From contig JAHRHZ010000145.1 in assembly GCA_024137785.1 (NCBI GenBank), positions 22,565,193 through 22,629,192 on the forward strand: a DNA stretch of 64,000 bases, written 5' to 3'. The notes under the pieces were generated by a model that saw only the letters and a program-made list of their open reading frames with translations, was not told the DNA's origin and did no database searches. Positions 62,565-64,000 of this stretch are shown piece after piece. Each line of letters opens with the position of its first letter. The stretch's first letter is position 1. Position numbers and translations under genes: made by a program. This stretch comes from Ginglymostoma cirratum (Eukaryota).

Positions 62565-64000
62565 TCTGATTTTCTTTCTATCCTGTCATTGTCCCCGAGC
62601 ATCTCAGTTGGGAAGATTCCATCGATAGGTGGTATTTGACATTGATTCACCAGGATGGGGCCTGGATAGGACACTGTAGTTATGAAGAGAGACAAATGAT
62701 AGGATTCCTAAGCTCGTTCAAGGAGAAGAAATTTAATAGAGGTTTTCACAAGTAATTTGTTGTTTTAGAAATTTAGTAGTGAAAGTTATTTCCCTCAATT
62801 TTGGGTGTCAGTAAAGAGAGGGCTTAAGTGAAGTTTCTCCAAACAAAGTTTGGTACAACATTGAAGACCTTATCACAGGGAACAGTTGAGGCAAAGGTTT
62901 GAAGTTTATTTAAGGGAAGATTGGACACATATTTGAAGCTGAATAAGATACATGGTTAAAGGCAGAGATTGAGTGCTGAACTAGTTTCACATTTCTTTAG
63001 TAAAGAGCTGACGCAGAACCAGTTGACCAAATGGCTTCCAGTTTTACTGTGAATGCAGTCATTTTAGAATAAGTTAATCAATTCCACCTCCCCCCACCCC
63101 CACCAACTCCATGAGTTTGGTTACAAATACCTGTAAATGAGAGGTTTTTTAAGCCTTTAAAGGGTGGAATTCTGAGGGTTAGTTTGGAATTTTCTGGCAA
63201 CATCTTGATAACGTTGCTGAAGATCGAACTGAACTCACCCACTCCCACCTCAGCCAGTAAATAGGTGGACCTAAGAAATGGAGCAGAATCCTGATGGAAC
63301 CGGCTTGCTCATCATTTTCCATACACTGATCCGAAGCTCAACAGGATTTTCCTATTGGCCTCGACTCGTATGTTGGGTTCTATCTCTTTCTCAGTTAAAA
63401 TTATTTAAAGTTGGGGTGCCTCTGGCTGATAATTGCAATTGAAGTCTGAATTCTAGCCAGTCTAAGGGCACACTGTAAGAAGTGAAATGCTTCCTTCTCC
63501 TGTTTGTGAACAAGTGTTTGGCAATCCTTTCATCAATTGAAGGAAGAAAAGGTAAAGCTGCTCCCATAGATACGCATCGTTTCACCAGAATAGCATCATT
63601 ACCATATGGCAAACTCCTAAAGTTCAACATGGTTCACATCTGTGTGAAGTGTGTTTGCTGAAGTACACAAGCTTCGCTAAAGATTCTTTCCTCAGGATAA
63701 GAAACCTTTTAGACATTCATGTTGCAGACTTATCCTGTGACAGAAGTGCTCCTTGTGTCATTATTCCAAACTGTGATGAATAGAGAAAATTAAAAAAACT
63801 GTCTAAGTCCCACAGTGAACATCCAATTCATATGTTGGGCACTCAGAAATCTCATGCCTGGGAATGGTTACTCGTTAATTCATAAGATCCAAAGTTGGAG
63901 AATACCGTACAAGTGATGATCAATAGAATGCTGATTGATTTTGCAGTTTGTAAAATCTCATATAAACCAGTGTATTCAAGCTAAGAACTGAATGGAGTGC

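Noticed and set aside
43255-64000. Third SATB2 coding exon (expected to read roughly [27 protein letters not shown])
   Set aside because: Not recognised by eye or in the ORF track; probably beyond the window, though a TBLASTN would be needed to exclude it.

Overview
This is vertebrate genomic DNA, most likely from a shark. The evidence is HE1-type V-SINEs, SacSINE1-like SINEs, abundant CR1/HER1-type LINEs and Penelope-like elements. The only real gene is the 5' part of SATB2 on the + strand: first coding exon 39248-39487 (ATG at 39310) and second coding exon 43078-43254, followed by a long intron that appears to run out of the window. These exons lie in an ~18.5-kb CpG-rich, almost transposon-free domain (~24.6-43.3 kb) that probably contains the promoter(s), non-coding 5' exons and enhancers. 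The flanks are CpG-poor and packed with retroelements. They hold a full-length intronless RPL26 processed pseudogene (10735-11172), many CR1 and L2-type LINE fragments including a decayed near-full-length CR1, and several SINE families. There is also a 5'-truncated Penelope-like element (PLE) with a GIY-YIG endonuclease (61671-62564). The most striking structure is ten short, ORF-less PLE-terminus insertions from two families. Most are fold-back palindromes, several carry a minimal hammerhead-ribozyme core, they have a fixed short-arm/long-arm asymmetry, and many are flanked by 12-17-bp target-site duplications. One is fused with a CR1 inside a single TSD pair. There are two assembly gaps (11933-12332, 35556-35655). 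Repeat family names and human protein comparisons come from memory, not from a database search, and boundaries of decayed repeats are approximate.
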